A DNA stretch of 61,711 nucleotides, counting the filler, from Choristocarpus tenellus KU-1152 (Eukaryota; Protista; Phaeophyceae), in NCBI GenBank assembly GCA_964200185.2. It is 12 parts of 12 records of this genome, joined end to end, with 100 filler letters (N's around TTAATTAATTAA, not from the genome) between each part and the next. Parts side by side here need not be neighbours in the genome. Positions count along the whole stretch, not along the records: positions 24,300 to 27,294 come from CAXNAD020023056.1; positions 27,395 to 37,506 come from CAXNAD020003143.1; 10 more parts are not named here. The stretch is one strand, 5' to 3'. Shown piece after piece: positions 24,926-36,877 of the stretch; position 1 is the first letter of the stretch; each line of letters starts with the position of its first letter. A model generated the notes under the pieces. That model worked only from the letters and a program-made list of their open reading frames with translations. It did no database searches and was not told where the DNA came from. The position numbers were made by a program, and so were the translations under genes.

Positions 24926-27272
24926 CTCAGCATGCCTGACCACATTACGTGTCTACCGTCTGCAGGACCCCACGCCTCTGCTTCTAACACAAACGCCTCC
25001 GCCTCTACCTCTGCCTCAAGGATCCTTGCGGTGGTGTTATGGACCAGGAATGTTACCGGAACAAAGGACCGCACAGGTACACTTGCCTTTGTCCAATCAG
25101 AGAGGGCATTGCGGGTTTGTTAATACAATAGGCGTGAGAGAGGACTCTGGAAATGAGCGTAGGGGGGCAAGGAGACATGCGTCAAGAAGGGTATACCTGG
25201 AAAAAGAAGACGGACAAAATCTCTTAAGTACACTACAGGTATAGAAAAAAATATATCACATTGTTTCAACATTGTCTCCTGCTCTTACCACACAAGTATA
25301 GTACCCTTGAGAGGTTCTTGATATACGGGAACTTGTACCATTGTACTCTCCCTCAGAGTATAACCAACACCAGAGCAGTAAATCCGTCCAGAGATAATCT
25401 CTATCTTCCCAAGGAAGCCCGTACCACTCTACAGCTCTACACGTACACCTTTCATCACACAGAATTCCTCTACCCAAGAGCTTCTTCGCAAAAGAGTAAC
25501 CTGCACCACTCTTCTCCACTTAAACTACATCCAACCCAGGCATGGCAAACAATATTTGTACCATCCAAAAAAATTATCTCAACAACCTTGAGACAAAATC
25601 CCACATGAGCACAAAAGACCAACATGAGCTAACTCAACCAACTCATGCCAACATTGACGGGGTACACCTCAAAGGGCAAACCAATACTATTGGCTGAGCG
25701 CACGACATCACCCTTTCCATTGATAGACACATTCCTTATCACACACAAGAATACCCAATCAAGAACACATCCCTCCTCAGATCACCTTCCAGGCCCCCTC
25801 AACGCCCTGCAGTCCCCCACCACCCTCCACCTGTCCCCCCACCAGCCTTAGCTTGGGGAAGCCCTCCATAACGAAAGATCCCCCCCCCCCCCCCCCCTGC
25901 CCCCCCCCCAGCCTTAGCTTGGGGAAGCCCTCCATAACGAAAGACCCCCCCCCCCCCCCTTTTCAATACCCTTCCCATTCATGCCCCTGTCACTATCCCG
26001 CAATCCCACAAATGGGAGACACGTTAGGCGTACTGGGGGCAAAAGTGCTCCCAGGAGAAAGAATGGGACAGCCGATCGGGGTACCTGTGAACCAGAAAAC
26101 ACAGCAAGGCAGTTACCCACGAGACGGACAAGAGGAAGGAGGACCAGCCTAGGGTTGTCACAATGACGTCAAGGGAATGAGTTCATTCTCATTCTGACGA
26201 TGCCAGTGCTATGACTGCTCCAGGTACGACACATTTTCTGTTGAATTTTGCTCACCTATTTATTTTTTTCCCTCTTTATCGTTGAATAATCGTTTCAATC
26301 TAGTTACTTACTAGTTAATCGTTTCAATCTAGTTACTACTTACTACCTAGTCTCGAATTAAAACAACAAGGAGTTTCTCTTACACACTGTAGTGAGAACG
26401 TGACGTTAAGAGGTTAGGGTTAGACAGCACTGCTCAAAAATAAATAGTCATAGGGAGGCGGAAGCGGAAAAAAAAAAGGGTTAATTATTATGCACCCGGA
26501 CCATCCAACGCTATCGGATATCATATTTCAGAACAGTATTTGCCGACTGTTAGACTGCACAACAAGGCGCGTGCCATCTCTGAGTATAATAACCCTAGGT
26601 CCTTCCTGTCTTGGATCACAACCTACACAAGACAGCATCTAAAAAAAAGGTGATAAAGTTCGACTGATAAAACAAAAAAATATATATATACAATAGTTTA
26701 CAGGGGGTTAGTAATCCAAGTGCAATTATAACATACTCGAGGAGAGTTACACTACTGCGATAATACTACAGAAAACGGCACATAAAAAATAGGTTGAAAA
26801 ATAATAGTCAACGAAAATATAAAAAACAAGAAGAGCACGAAAAAAACACAAGGAAGTCCAAACGCCTTGAACAAACGCCTCAGAGATCATCACCCACCTT
26901 CTTCGTCCCTGCTCCCCACCCCCGTACCACACCAACACCCCTGTCATCAAGTGTATCCAGGGGAATATGAACAACACCCTTCCGCCCAACATTTTGTATC
27001 TCCCCTTGCCCCAACTCTCTCTCCCCATCGCGACTGCTTGTCCCCAAGTTGCCTTCTCTTCCTGATGCCTCCCCTACCCCTGCTCTAGCATCAGCTCCAG
27101 GGCCAGATATCCGCTCCAGGGTAGAGGGGGAGGCAGTGGAGTGGGGGTGGTGTGTGGCCCATTGGAGGGAGAGAGAGTTTGATAGGTACCTCAGAAGGTC
27201 CTGCTCCCACTGGAGGAGGGGCTTGGGGACAAGGGGAGACAAAACCTCATGGGGGGCACCATCAGCCCTCTT
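24926..27272 (-). CDS. TRAPPC9: TRAPPC9/Trs120-like protein, C-terminal exons (27272-26928, 26084-~25970, 25086-24926; intervening exons unresolved)
   Basis: RYLSNSLSLQW...RKGVVHIPL, then LLPPVRLTCLP, then VRSFVPVTFLVHNTTAR...HVMWSGML. This order mirrors the Trs120 C-terminus ('L...L.I.W....R.G', 'V..FV.V...V.N', 'V.W.G.L'). The first junction is phase-compatible; the second is not closed. Confidence 0.45.
25845..25960. repeat. Tandem duplication of CAGCCTTAGCTTGGGGAAGCCCTCCATAACGAAAGA + poly-C
   Basis: Two near-identical copies. Confidence 0.85.
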
Positions 27273-27461
27273 CTGAAAAAAGTTTGAAAGGGGGNNNNNN
27301 NNNNNNNNNNNNNNNNNNNNNNNNNNNNNNNNNNNNNNTTAATTAATTAANNNNNNNNNNNNNNNNNNNNNNNNNNNNNNNNNNNNNNNNNNNNCCCCAA
27401 CTTCACGATGGATGCCCTTGGGAATTGGTTGTGATGACTTTCCTTTGACTATTATGATCAG

Positions 27462-29977
27462 TCCGAAATCACCCAACAGGCGTTTCGATATTTTGCTGAC
27501 AAGGAATCGGGTTCTGTGTCCCAGCATGACATGATGACTCTCCTCTCTAGCTTCAGTGGGTGGAAGGTGCCACATGGTATTGCCAAGAGAGTGGAGGAGT
27601 TGGCGGTACGATAAAAAAAAAATGTTTTATGTTTTTTTTTTTTTTCTATAATGATAATATTTTTTATAGTAAAAATGATGCGTTGTGTGTGTTCGTGTGC
27701 GTGTGTATTTGTGTGTGTGTTTATGTGTTTGTGTGTTTGTGTGTATGTGTGTATGTGTGTATGTGTGTGTATGTTTTTATGTTTTTATGTGTGTGTGTGT
27801 GCTTGGTGTACTTACGTGCTTGTAATCGGTAACCTCTTAACCTTGTGTGTTTTTTACTTTAATGTTTTTATTAATTGTCATTCCGAGCGGAGGAGGCGTT
27901 GGCAGTTACGTTTTTTATTATGTTTTTTTGTCTTCTTCTTCTACAGCTCTAAAGGACTATGTTATTGATACATTGCAATACTACTCCAGTGAGCAGTAAT
28001 ATATGATGTAATAGGATGTGGTGCTTTTGTGTATTTTTTAAATGTGTAGAGGAGTTGGTATTTTGTAGTATGATTTTCTCCTTTTAACACTGATGGCAAG
28101 ATCTAGTGTACAGTGTGATCTACTAAGCAGTATAAAGAAAAAAAAGGTATAGCCTGAGGTGTTGTTTGTGGGCTTGGTTTTTATCAGGGGAGAGGGGAGA
28201 GTGTCAAGTGTTGAGGCGTGTACTAGTAATACAATGAGATGGACAAGTTGCCAAATTATTATTTTTTTGAATGAAAGGAGCCTTTTCATTGGTCTGTCGT
28301 TTGTTGTTGTCTCAAACCTAGCGAATAGAATCAAGGTTTTTGAGTGAATGGAGCCCCCTGATTGGTCAGTCCCTTGTTGTCATCTCCAACCTTGTTAATA
28401 GGATCAAGATTTCGATGTGAATGGAGCTATCTCATTGGTCAGTCCGTTATTGTTGTTGTCTCAACCCTAGTGAATGTAAATGTTACCACCTCGGGCACTT
28501 CTGTTACTGCAGTTGTTATTTTTGAGACAACGGCAAAGAGCTGACCAATGAGGAGGCTTGTTTGGCACTTGAGAACCAATCGATTTGACTCTGCCTGTCC
28601 TCGTCATAAATCTACAAATGCCTGTAACAGTTTTCCCTGTTAGTGCTAGGCCTTGTTTTTTTTCCTCAGTGAAATGGAGGCATTGTCTGGTTAAAGGTTG
28701 GTTCTTCTTTTTCTTAAGGAATTGATTATTTCCCTGACCCCTGACCCTATCATTTCTATTTTTGTGTATGTATGTGTGGTTTGTACTCCTGCTTTATTCT
28801 TTTAATTTTGTTTTAAGATTAGTATGTGGTAGTCAGTTCCAGCGCACCTACCGAGCTTAAATTTGAATGAAATGTGGAGTGTGGAGTATTTTTTTCTGTT
28901 TAATCAACAGGCTGTGGTGCTTTTTTTTGTACTAATATGATAATGTAAGACAGAGTGCCAATGGAGAACGGAGGTTTGGATATGCAGAGTTCATGGGGTA
29001 CCAGAATCTTCTTCTGCACTTGCCATCCCTGGTGGGCACCATTAGGTCTGCTTGTGAAATGAAGGTGCGAAGAGGTCGAGTCATCCTCTTTCTTAATTGT
29101 TTTTTGTTGGAAATTATGTTATTATTATTGTTATTGTTGCTGTTGTTGTTGTTGTTATTATTATTACTATTGTTATTATTATAATTATAATTAATAATAC
29201 TATTATTTTGTCAATATTGTTATTATTACTATTGTTATTATTATAATTATATTTAATAATACTATTATTTTATCAATATTGTTATTGTTACTGTTGTTCT
29301 AATTATAATTGTAATTATTACTACTATTGTTATCATTGTTGTTACTGGTATCACTATCATTATTACTATTGTTGTTCTTACAGTAACAGTTTTAGTTGTT
29401 TGTTATGGTACAAAAACAATATAATAATAATAATAATTGTTTTTAGATCGTAGTAGTGATTGTTATTTTGTTACAACTTTTATATTTACCAGAATTTTTA
29501 TGCAAACAATTTTCGTTCATTGTAATACTTCGAGCGCTTTTGTTGTGTGTCTCTTCCAGTGTTTAAAATGTTCATTGTAATACTTCAAGCGCTTTTGTTG
29601 TGTGTCTCTTCCAGTGTTTAAAATAAAAAATGAAGTGGTTGGCAGAAATCCGGACTAGTGCTAGGGTTAGTGAATGACTCCACTAAATTAATAACGTTGG
29701 TTGTTGCTGTACTCAGAGGTTACTACTTCTCAAGACTATACGTATGTTAGCTATATTTGATATTATTTTATTGTTGCTTCTCTATTATCATTGCTCTTGT
29801 TACTATGATGGATGTTTATAAATATATTTTATTTTTATTGTTCCTATTGTTTTTTTTTGTTTTGCTACTTTTTAGTTGACACGATGGTGTTTAGGGGGTT
29901 ATTGACCTGTGGTCGATAGGTAGTCAGTTGAAGGCGATACACTCAGTTGCTTGAAAAGGAAAACATCTGTGTAAGAA

Positions 29978-30027
<50 letters not shown>

Positions 30028-32590
30028 GTAACAATACAATGAGAAAAAAGGGAGAGTATATTCAAATATGTACCAAATACCAAGGGTAACGGTATAGTAT
30101 GAAATGGTATATGAATATTTGAAGGGCAAAAACATAACACTCTACTGGTACCACCCACATTTTTTTTTTCAAAACTAAACCAAGTTAAGTGATATTTTGT
30201 AGTTATTGGGGGGAAAATTGATTGCAGCAATATACCGAATACATCATGAACAGAACTAGCTCAGGAAAAATTACATGCGTATGAAACATGAATATGCAGA
30301 TAATCATGGTACTTTTGTTCTCTGTTTTTTTAATAAAAAAAAAGTATAAAACATGTTCTCAAGATGAGTGTTTTTTCTTTTTTAGTAATTCAAGACATCA
30401 AGTATAGTAGGTGTAAGTACGGTTTGAAAAAGTTCACACAGGGTGATATATATTTTTTAATGTAACTGACATGTAACTGTCATACACCTACTAGTTATCT
30501 TGTTTGTCGCCAACTACCTGTAAAGCTATCGATATCAGGAACTATTGCTGGTATCACATATTGGAAATATAATCTTGTCTGTCTCTGTTCACTTTCTTCT
30601 TATCATACCAAGACATGCCTTTTGTACCTTGTGTGTTGCCTGTCTCAGGGCGGGGGCATCAGTAAGGATGACTTGAAAGCTGTGGGAAGGGCTCTCCTAG
30701 GCGGGAAGATGTCCAGGGTGGAGGCAGACACCATTTTTGAGGTGTGATTGTGCAATATTCCTAATGTCAACTCTAACTTTGTCATGAAAATGATTAATGT
30801 ATGTAAATTTAAATGCTGTAAAATGTATAGTATGTTTTGTACCTTGTAATGAAGAACAATATGTGTGGAGTGCAGAGTAGGTCGACACCTCCTTTGTGTG
30901 TAGGCTAGATGGACATAGTATGTGTATTGGTGGTCCTAGTCATAGCTCTGACCTGAACAGTGATGATATGCTTTTACATGGTTGAGTGCAGGATAGGTCA
31001 ACACCTTCTATGTGTGTATACTATGTGGACATAGTATGTGGTATTTTTTTGCCCCCACAATGATCTTACTATGCCCTCTGATGTTTGCAGATGTGTCAGG
31101 GGAGAGGGGGGAAATCAAGGCTAGAACTGTGTGACAAGGACTAGTACTACTATTGCTACCACTGTTAGTACTGGTATTATTAGTAGTGTAGATACAGTTG
31201 TCAATTCTAAGACATCTCCGAAGACTGTAGTGAGTGCTGTCCATAGCATGTGGTAGTCGTTTGACACTGACCAGGATACACTCCTACAAAATTACTATTT
31301 GTTGCAGTGTTGGTGCTAATTTTGTTATTGTTAATGATTAATACAGTATACCATGTAGTGCTCTTTTTTGTTACTCTAGAAATAGTTTATTCTTATTATT
31401 TTTGAAGGTGCTATTCTTTTTTTGTTATTGTCGTTTCGATTTCATTTTTCTGTTTCTATTTTTTTTTTGTGCTCATCCTGTTATATCTGTTATATTATCC
31501 TGTTATCTGCTATATCATCCTGTTATCTGTTATATCATCCTGTTATATCTAGAAGGGAAGGATTTTATGCAGATGGTCTCTTCTCTCTGTTGTCTCAAGG
31601 TGTTTTTTCATTCTGTTTATGAATATGAATATGAATATTATTATTATTATTGTATTTATATTTATATTGTGATTTCCAAGTTATGCTTATTGATAGTATG
31701 TAAAGTAGAAGTGAATACTCTGCTGCAGTAGGCCCTTTTTCTGTCAGTAGTGTCAAATGCTCAGAGTATTTGATAGTGCTATTTTTCATTGTTTACAATT
31801 TTCTTTGTATTATTATTATTATTATTATTGAAAGGTGTTGTTGCCATTGCAGAGTCAAGTGCCATTGGGTATGTGACCTGAGACAATGTGAGTGGAATTA
31901 TCTTAAGAGGGAGTGAGTTTTGCCCTGTTTGTCCATTTGGGGCTTGGCTTCCCATTGGTTTTTGATGATATTTTCCTAGTCCAAAATATTTTGGAGTAGG
32001 TAAAATGTGTACGTTATGAAAAGGTCTGTCTCGAACAAGGATATTGAAACTTCCTAACAAACACAATAGCCAAAATTACATCAAAATCACACATTGGATT
32101 TTGGCCTCCAAATGGATGCGGCTCTACCCTATAAGATACTTTGGCTCATGTGTATGTTACACTGCTTCTAATTAGAAACACATAGGGTTAGGGATGTGAC
32201 CCTTCAAAAGTGGAGCTCGATATATATTTTTGAACGCCATACTATATTGTCTGCAATTTCTTTTCTTGTGGATCTTGATATTAATGGTAATAAAAAATAG
32301 TTAAATTTTTTCAGTGTACTTCGATACTTTTTTTTTTTTGTTCGAAGGTCTGATACACACAGCGCCTGTAGCACCCTCATCAAACCAGTTTTGTGAAAAA
32401 ATGCCTTCAGAGATTGATTTATCAGTGTGTTAAATAAATAAAACTCGAAATAAATAACTTTTGTCAGTGATTGGTCCGGAGTATTTTAAGTATTTCGTGT
32501 TTGATACAAATAAATGACGTGTTTTCCTAATTTTTTTTCTTATTTTGAGAGCATCTAGATTTAGTACTCAAAATAGTTTGCATGCATATA

Positions 32591-32627
<37 letters not shown>

Positions 32628-35600
32628 ATTCATTTGTCATGTGGTGTTGAGACTGGACACTTTTTAACCTGTGTGGAGTCACCCAAATTTTGTCTCATTT
32701 CTCACCTTGCCTCTTTGACCTGCCCATGATACTTGATATGACAACAGGTATGATATATACCTGTTGTGCATCTTTGGAAGGCTTTTTGGGATATTTTTTT
32801 GTTATGCTTGATGTTTTCTCTTATATGTATGTTGGTCCTAATCTGCAAAATACCTGGTATGATACTTGATGTGATATCCCAAGTATGATATATCTTGATA
32901 TGATACCTACTACGATACTTGATACGATAACTGATACGATATAACTTGATATGATAACTACTACGATGCTTGATACGATATAAATTGATATGATACCTAC
33001 TACGATACCTTATACAATATAAATTGATCCGATACCCTATATGGTATACCTTGATATAATACACGAGGCAACATAACTTTACGTGATGCCTGATACGATA
33101 CAACTTGATATGATACCTACTACGATACCTGATACGATATAACTTGATCCGATACCCTATATGGTATACCTTGATATAATACACGAGGCAACATAACTTT
33201 ACGTGATGCCTGATACGATACAACTTGATATGATACCTACTACGATACCTGATACGATATATCTTGATCCGATACCCTACATGTTATACCTTGATATAAC
33301 ACGGGAGACAACATAACTTTACGTGATGCCTGATACGATATAACTTGATACGGTACCTGCACTACTGTTGCTCCTGACAGGTGTTTGACTTAGATAGGGA
33401 CGGGTTCATTGACTTCAATGACTGCTCTCGCCTCCTGGGACAGAACATGGCACTGCCTCTCAAGGCTGTTTATGGCAGGGGGGGCACAGTAACCTTCTCG
33501 CCTCCGCCAGGTGATGTCACGGATGAATTGCTTTGATTTGGATGTTTAATCAGGTGCTACACTGATATCCATCGTTCAGTTGACAATTAAAAGCAACTAT
33601 CAATACTATCAATTAATCAGTTGACAATTAAAAGCAACTATCAATACTATCAATTAATCAGTTGACAATTAAAAGCAACTATCAATACTATCAATTAATC
33701 AGTTAGTCAACTCCGACTCGGTGGATCTCCCTGCATGTCTGTAATTGTGACGATAGGTTACATCATTTCAATCTTTGTTTTGTATTGTGGTGTTTGACCT
33801 CTTTTTTTTCACCTTCATTTACGATTTACTCAGTTCTATAGGTAGAATGTGGTGTCTCAAAGGTTCAAGTACTGTACCTCATGTACTGTACCTCATGTAC
33901 TGTACCTCATGTGAGTCTCCCAAGAGTGGCAACACATGTAGAAATATGCAGGAATATGCTTTGCACTATGTATGAGGGAATAGGTGTACAACTGTCTTGT
34001 AACCGTCTTGCAACTGAAGCAAACCTTTTTATAGTTGTAACTACTGCACTGCTATTGGAAGGAGAAAAACAATTAAAAAGGTGAGTGTACAAACCACACG
34101 AAACAGACCCAAGAGAGGTGTAATTTTCGACAAGAGTCGAATTTTCCGTATTTGATCTTTTCCTATTTTTTCTCACGACCAAATTTAGTGAAACACATGG
34201 TGTGCATGTGTTTGAGAGAACTCAAGAGATTGACATCCAGTAGGAAAACCTAGGCAATATTTTGGAGGTCCCTATGCCCCATATGCCCGAGGAAGTGTAT
34301 GCAAAAATATGTGTACTGCAATCCGCTCCTCTCGATCCCTACACAGATTAGTAGTGATATTTTAAATAGCAATAATGATAGTTATGATAATAATGAATAT
34401 ACTACGATCCATACACGGATTAGTAGTGATATTTTAAATAGCAATAATGATAGTTATGATTATAGTTATTATTCTAAGAGTATGCGTGTTGAGTGAATGT
34501 GTCGAGTCAGGTGGTGTTATTGTACTGTGATTGTGTCAGTTTTCCTACTGGTCAATCACGACATAATGCACTCTCATGTATTAGAAACCCTGATATTTTT
34601 TGAGAGACGTGTTATTTTGTGGGCGAATGACTCGTGCTGTACACAGGAGTGGTGGATGAGGTCAAGACCAAAGTCGAAACACTGCTTTTTGCTTTGTTGG
34701 GATGACTAGGAGACACAATTTTTTTTCTGGAAGAATTGCATAGGGTCCAATACAACAGTGATGTTGGACTATTTTTTTTTATGTGTGTGTTATTGTTCAA
34801 AAGCGAAACAAGAGTAGCACTGTAGTGTCTTGACCTCCCGATTAATGTCTTCCAGGCTGACCCCTTCCAACAACGGCAGCATTAACACAGTACCATTCCC
34901 GGAAGAGTTTTATTTTTTTTGTTATTTTTAGGTCTGAAATTGTTACATTTAAAGTGATGAAATATTTTCAACAAAACTCAGAATCGCTCTCTAAATTCGT
35001 TCCTGCCCCTGCCCCCCTGCCCCCCTGCCGCACTGAATATTTCATAACGCCATTCCCAGGTGTAGATGATGAGATCCTCATCACGAATAGCTCTGTAGCG
35101 TCCAGGGTGAGGGGACAACGAGAAGAGTCGGAGGCGGGTGAGGATGGTGTTGAAGGAGGGGCTGGGCTAACCGACCCTGGTGGTGGCTACAGGGCGCTCC
35201 TGGACCCTCTTGTAAACTTCGTAACGAACTTTTCATTGGGTGCAATAGCGGGTGGGATTGGAGCTAGCGCTGTGTACCCAATAGACTTGGTCAAAACTCG
35301 GATGCAGAATCAACGGGGGACCCCAGGAGTAGGAGCTAGGGGAGGGGGTGCCGGTGCTTTGGGAAAAGCACCCATGTATGCTAATAGCCTGGACTGCTTC
35401 AGGCAGATTTTGAACCGGGAGGGACTGCGGGGACTGTACCGGGGACTGGGACCACAGCTGCTGGGTGTGGCGCCAGAAAAGGCCATCAAGGTATTTTTAT
35501 TGTTATTTGTGCATACAGCTTTAGTTTTAGTGTGTATGCCAAGTCATGAGGTTGTTGTGTCAAAAGTAAGGTAACTGCAGTCTGCTGCTGTATGATTAGA

Positions 35601-36877
35601 TGAGAGTGTCTCAGTGCATGCTTTAACTACTCTTTCTGGAACGGGCTACGGGATCGGTATGGGCTTAGGGTGTTGTTTAGTGGAGAAAGTAGTGTTTTTT
35701 ATGCCGAACCTCTGCATGACCCTGACCAGGTCTCCCTTTGGTATCTGTGGGGTATGCTTCTGTTGTTGAAGTTCCTTTGTTGGTTAGAGGGGAGAATAGT
35801 GTTTCTTGCTGAACCTCTACGTGTCACCGACCTTGTCTCCCTGTTAGTTTTTGGTGTCTGTGCGATGCGCTTCTGTTGTTGTTGAAGTTTGTTATCAGCT
35901 CATGGTCTGTTCTTGTTGTATTGGCTGCTATGTTGTTGATGGACTGCTGTGGTTGGCGATTTTGGAGTTCAGCTGACGGTGAATGACATGCTGAGAGATG
36001 CCTTTACCAACCGAGACAAGCTTACAGGGGAGAGTAACTTGTACCTGCCATTGGAGGTTCTTGCGGGATGCGGTGCCGGAGCAAGCCAGGCATGATGATG
36101 AACTACCTGTTTGTTGCTTGGGGTTTTTTTTTTTGTTTTATTTTATTTGAGATTGTGTTGCTCTATTAAGGTGGGGGAGATTAGGGCAGAGTGGTTGTCA
36201 TTTTGAAAAAAAACTGTTCTTGATTTCGTTGTAAAAAATGAAACACAAGGCTGTATTAGTGATACGATTTTTGAAAGCATGTTGAGGCTGTGATGATGAC
36301 GAGATTGAGGTGTTATTTTCTCATGGTTTTGTCTCTGTTCCGTCCAGAAATGTTGGTTATTTGTTCCTGGAGTATCTCTGAACTAGATACACCCATGTAT
36401 CATGTTTACTTTGGGATGTCTCTTGATTGAATTTGCATGGAGTTGTTGTTTTTACATTGAAGGGCTAGTGGGGAGTAGGTAGTGTAGCTGACCACTGCTG
36501 TTACGTTTCACATCTTCGGGGTTTTAGAGCACGGCAATGAAATAGGAGGCATCACGTACAGGTGATGAAGCATTAAGTTATGTTTGAATTCATAGTCCCC
36601 ACCCCATCCAATCTTCGTTTTGCCAAATTAAGACTTTACTCAGTTGTTTACAACGACTGAAGGAGTTGGTTAAGTTTGTAGCTAAGTCATGTTTGCTGCA
36701 TTTAAGAGTACCGAAATGTACCTTGAAAATATTCAACCAATGGGGTCAGGTGTGTTGATTCCTAGCTTGTTACTGTTTGGCCATGGACTGCCCAGGTGGT
36801 TTTCACCAACCCCTTGGAGATTACCAAGATTCGACTCCAGATGGAGGGCGAGGCCATAGCCTTGAGGGCTCAAGCTG
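27462..36877 (+). CDS. AGC1: Ca2+-binding mitochondrial aspartate/glutamate carrier (aralar/citrin, SLC25A12/13 family), partial; exons 27462-27605, 28954-29064, 30649-30741, 33381-33510, 35060-35490, 35973-36089, 36796-36877
   Basis: Carrier motifs [49 protein letters not shown]|LTVND and [12 protein letters not shown]|[15 protein letters not shown]. The N-terminal EF-hand region includes [16 protein letters not shown] and [13 protein letters not shown]. All six junctions are phase-compatible; both ends lie outside the contig. Confidence 0.93.
28268..28560. repeat. Degenerate ~75-bp repeat x3 plus one inverted copy (core GGAGC...CATTGGTCAGTC...TTGTTGTCTCAA)
   Basis: Direct copies near 28277, 28351 and 28423; inverted TGAGACAAC...CTGACCAATGAG near 28523. 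Confidence 0.65.
29119..29400. repeat. (TTA/TTG)n low-complexity tract
   Basis: Direct reading. Confidence 0.9.
31890..32147 (-). mobile_element. MITE family A copy with perfect 4-bp TSD ATGT
   Basis: Full length; ATGT at 31886-31889 and 32148-32151; lies in carrier intron 3. Confidence 0.9.
32855..33350. repeat. Higher-order minisatellite: 120-bp period (~3.5 copies) built from short TGATA-containing subunits
   Basis: Lines 33061 and 33181 are identical 60-mers (period 120). Subunits include TGATACGATA, AACTTGATA and TGATACCTAC. Confidence 0.92.
33577..33704. repeat. 41-bp perfect tandem repeat x3
   Basis: CAGTTGACAATTAAAAGCAACTATCAATACTATCAATTAAT three times with no spacers. Confidence 0.95.

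Noticed and set aside
26413-26423. TTAGGG-like motifs (also ~21093, 29664, 48530) as telomere or interstitial telomere
   Set aside because: Only 1-2 units each; no array.
32702-33223. 173-aa repetitive ORF as a real gene
   Set aside because: Antisense reading of an intronic satellite; no ATG-supported start or recognisable domain.
33577-33704. 41-bp repeats, the 21-bp array at 21898 and the 120-bp array at 32855 as CRISPR arrays
   Set aside because: Head-to-tail copies with no unique spacers, no cas genes, and a eukaryotic intronic context.
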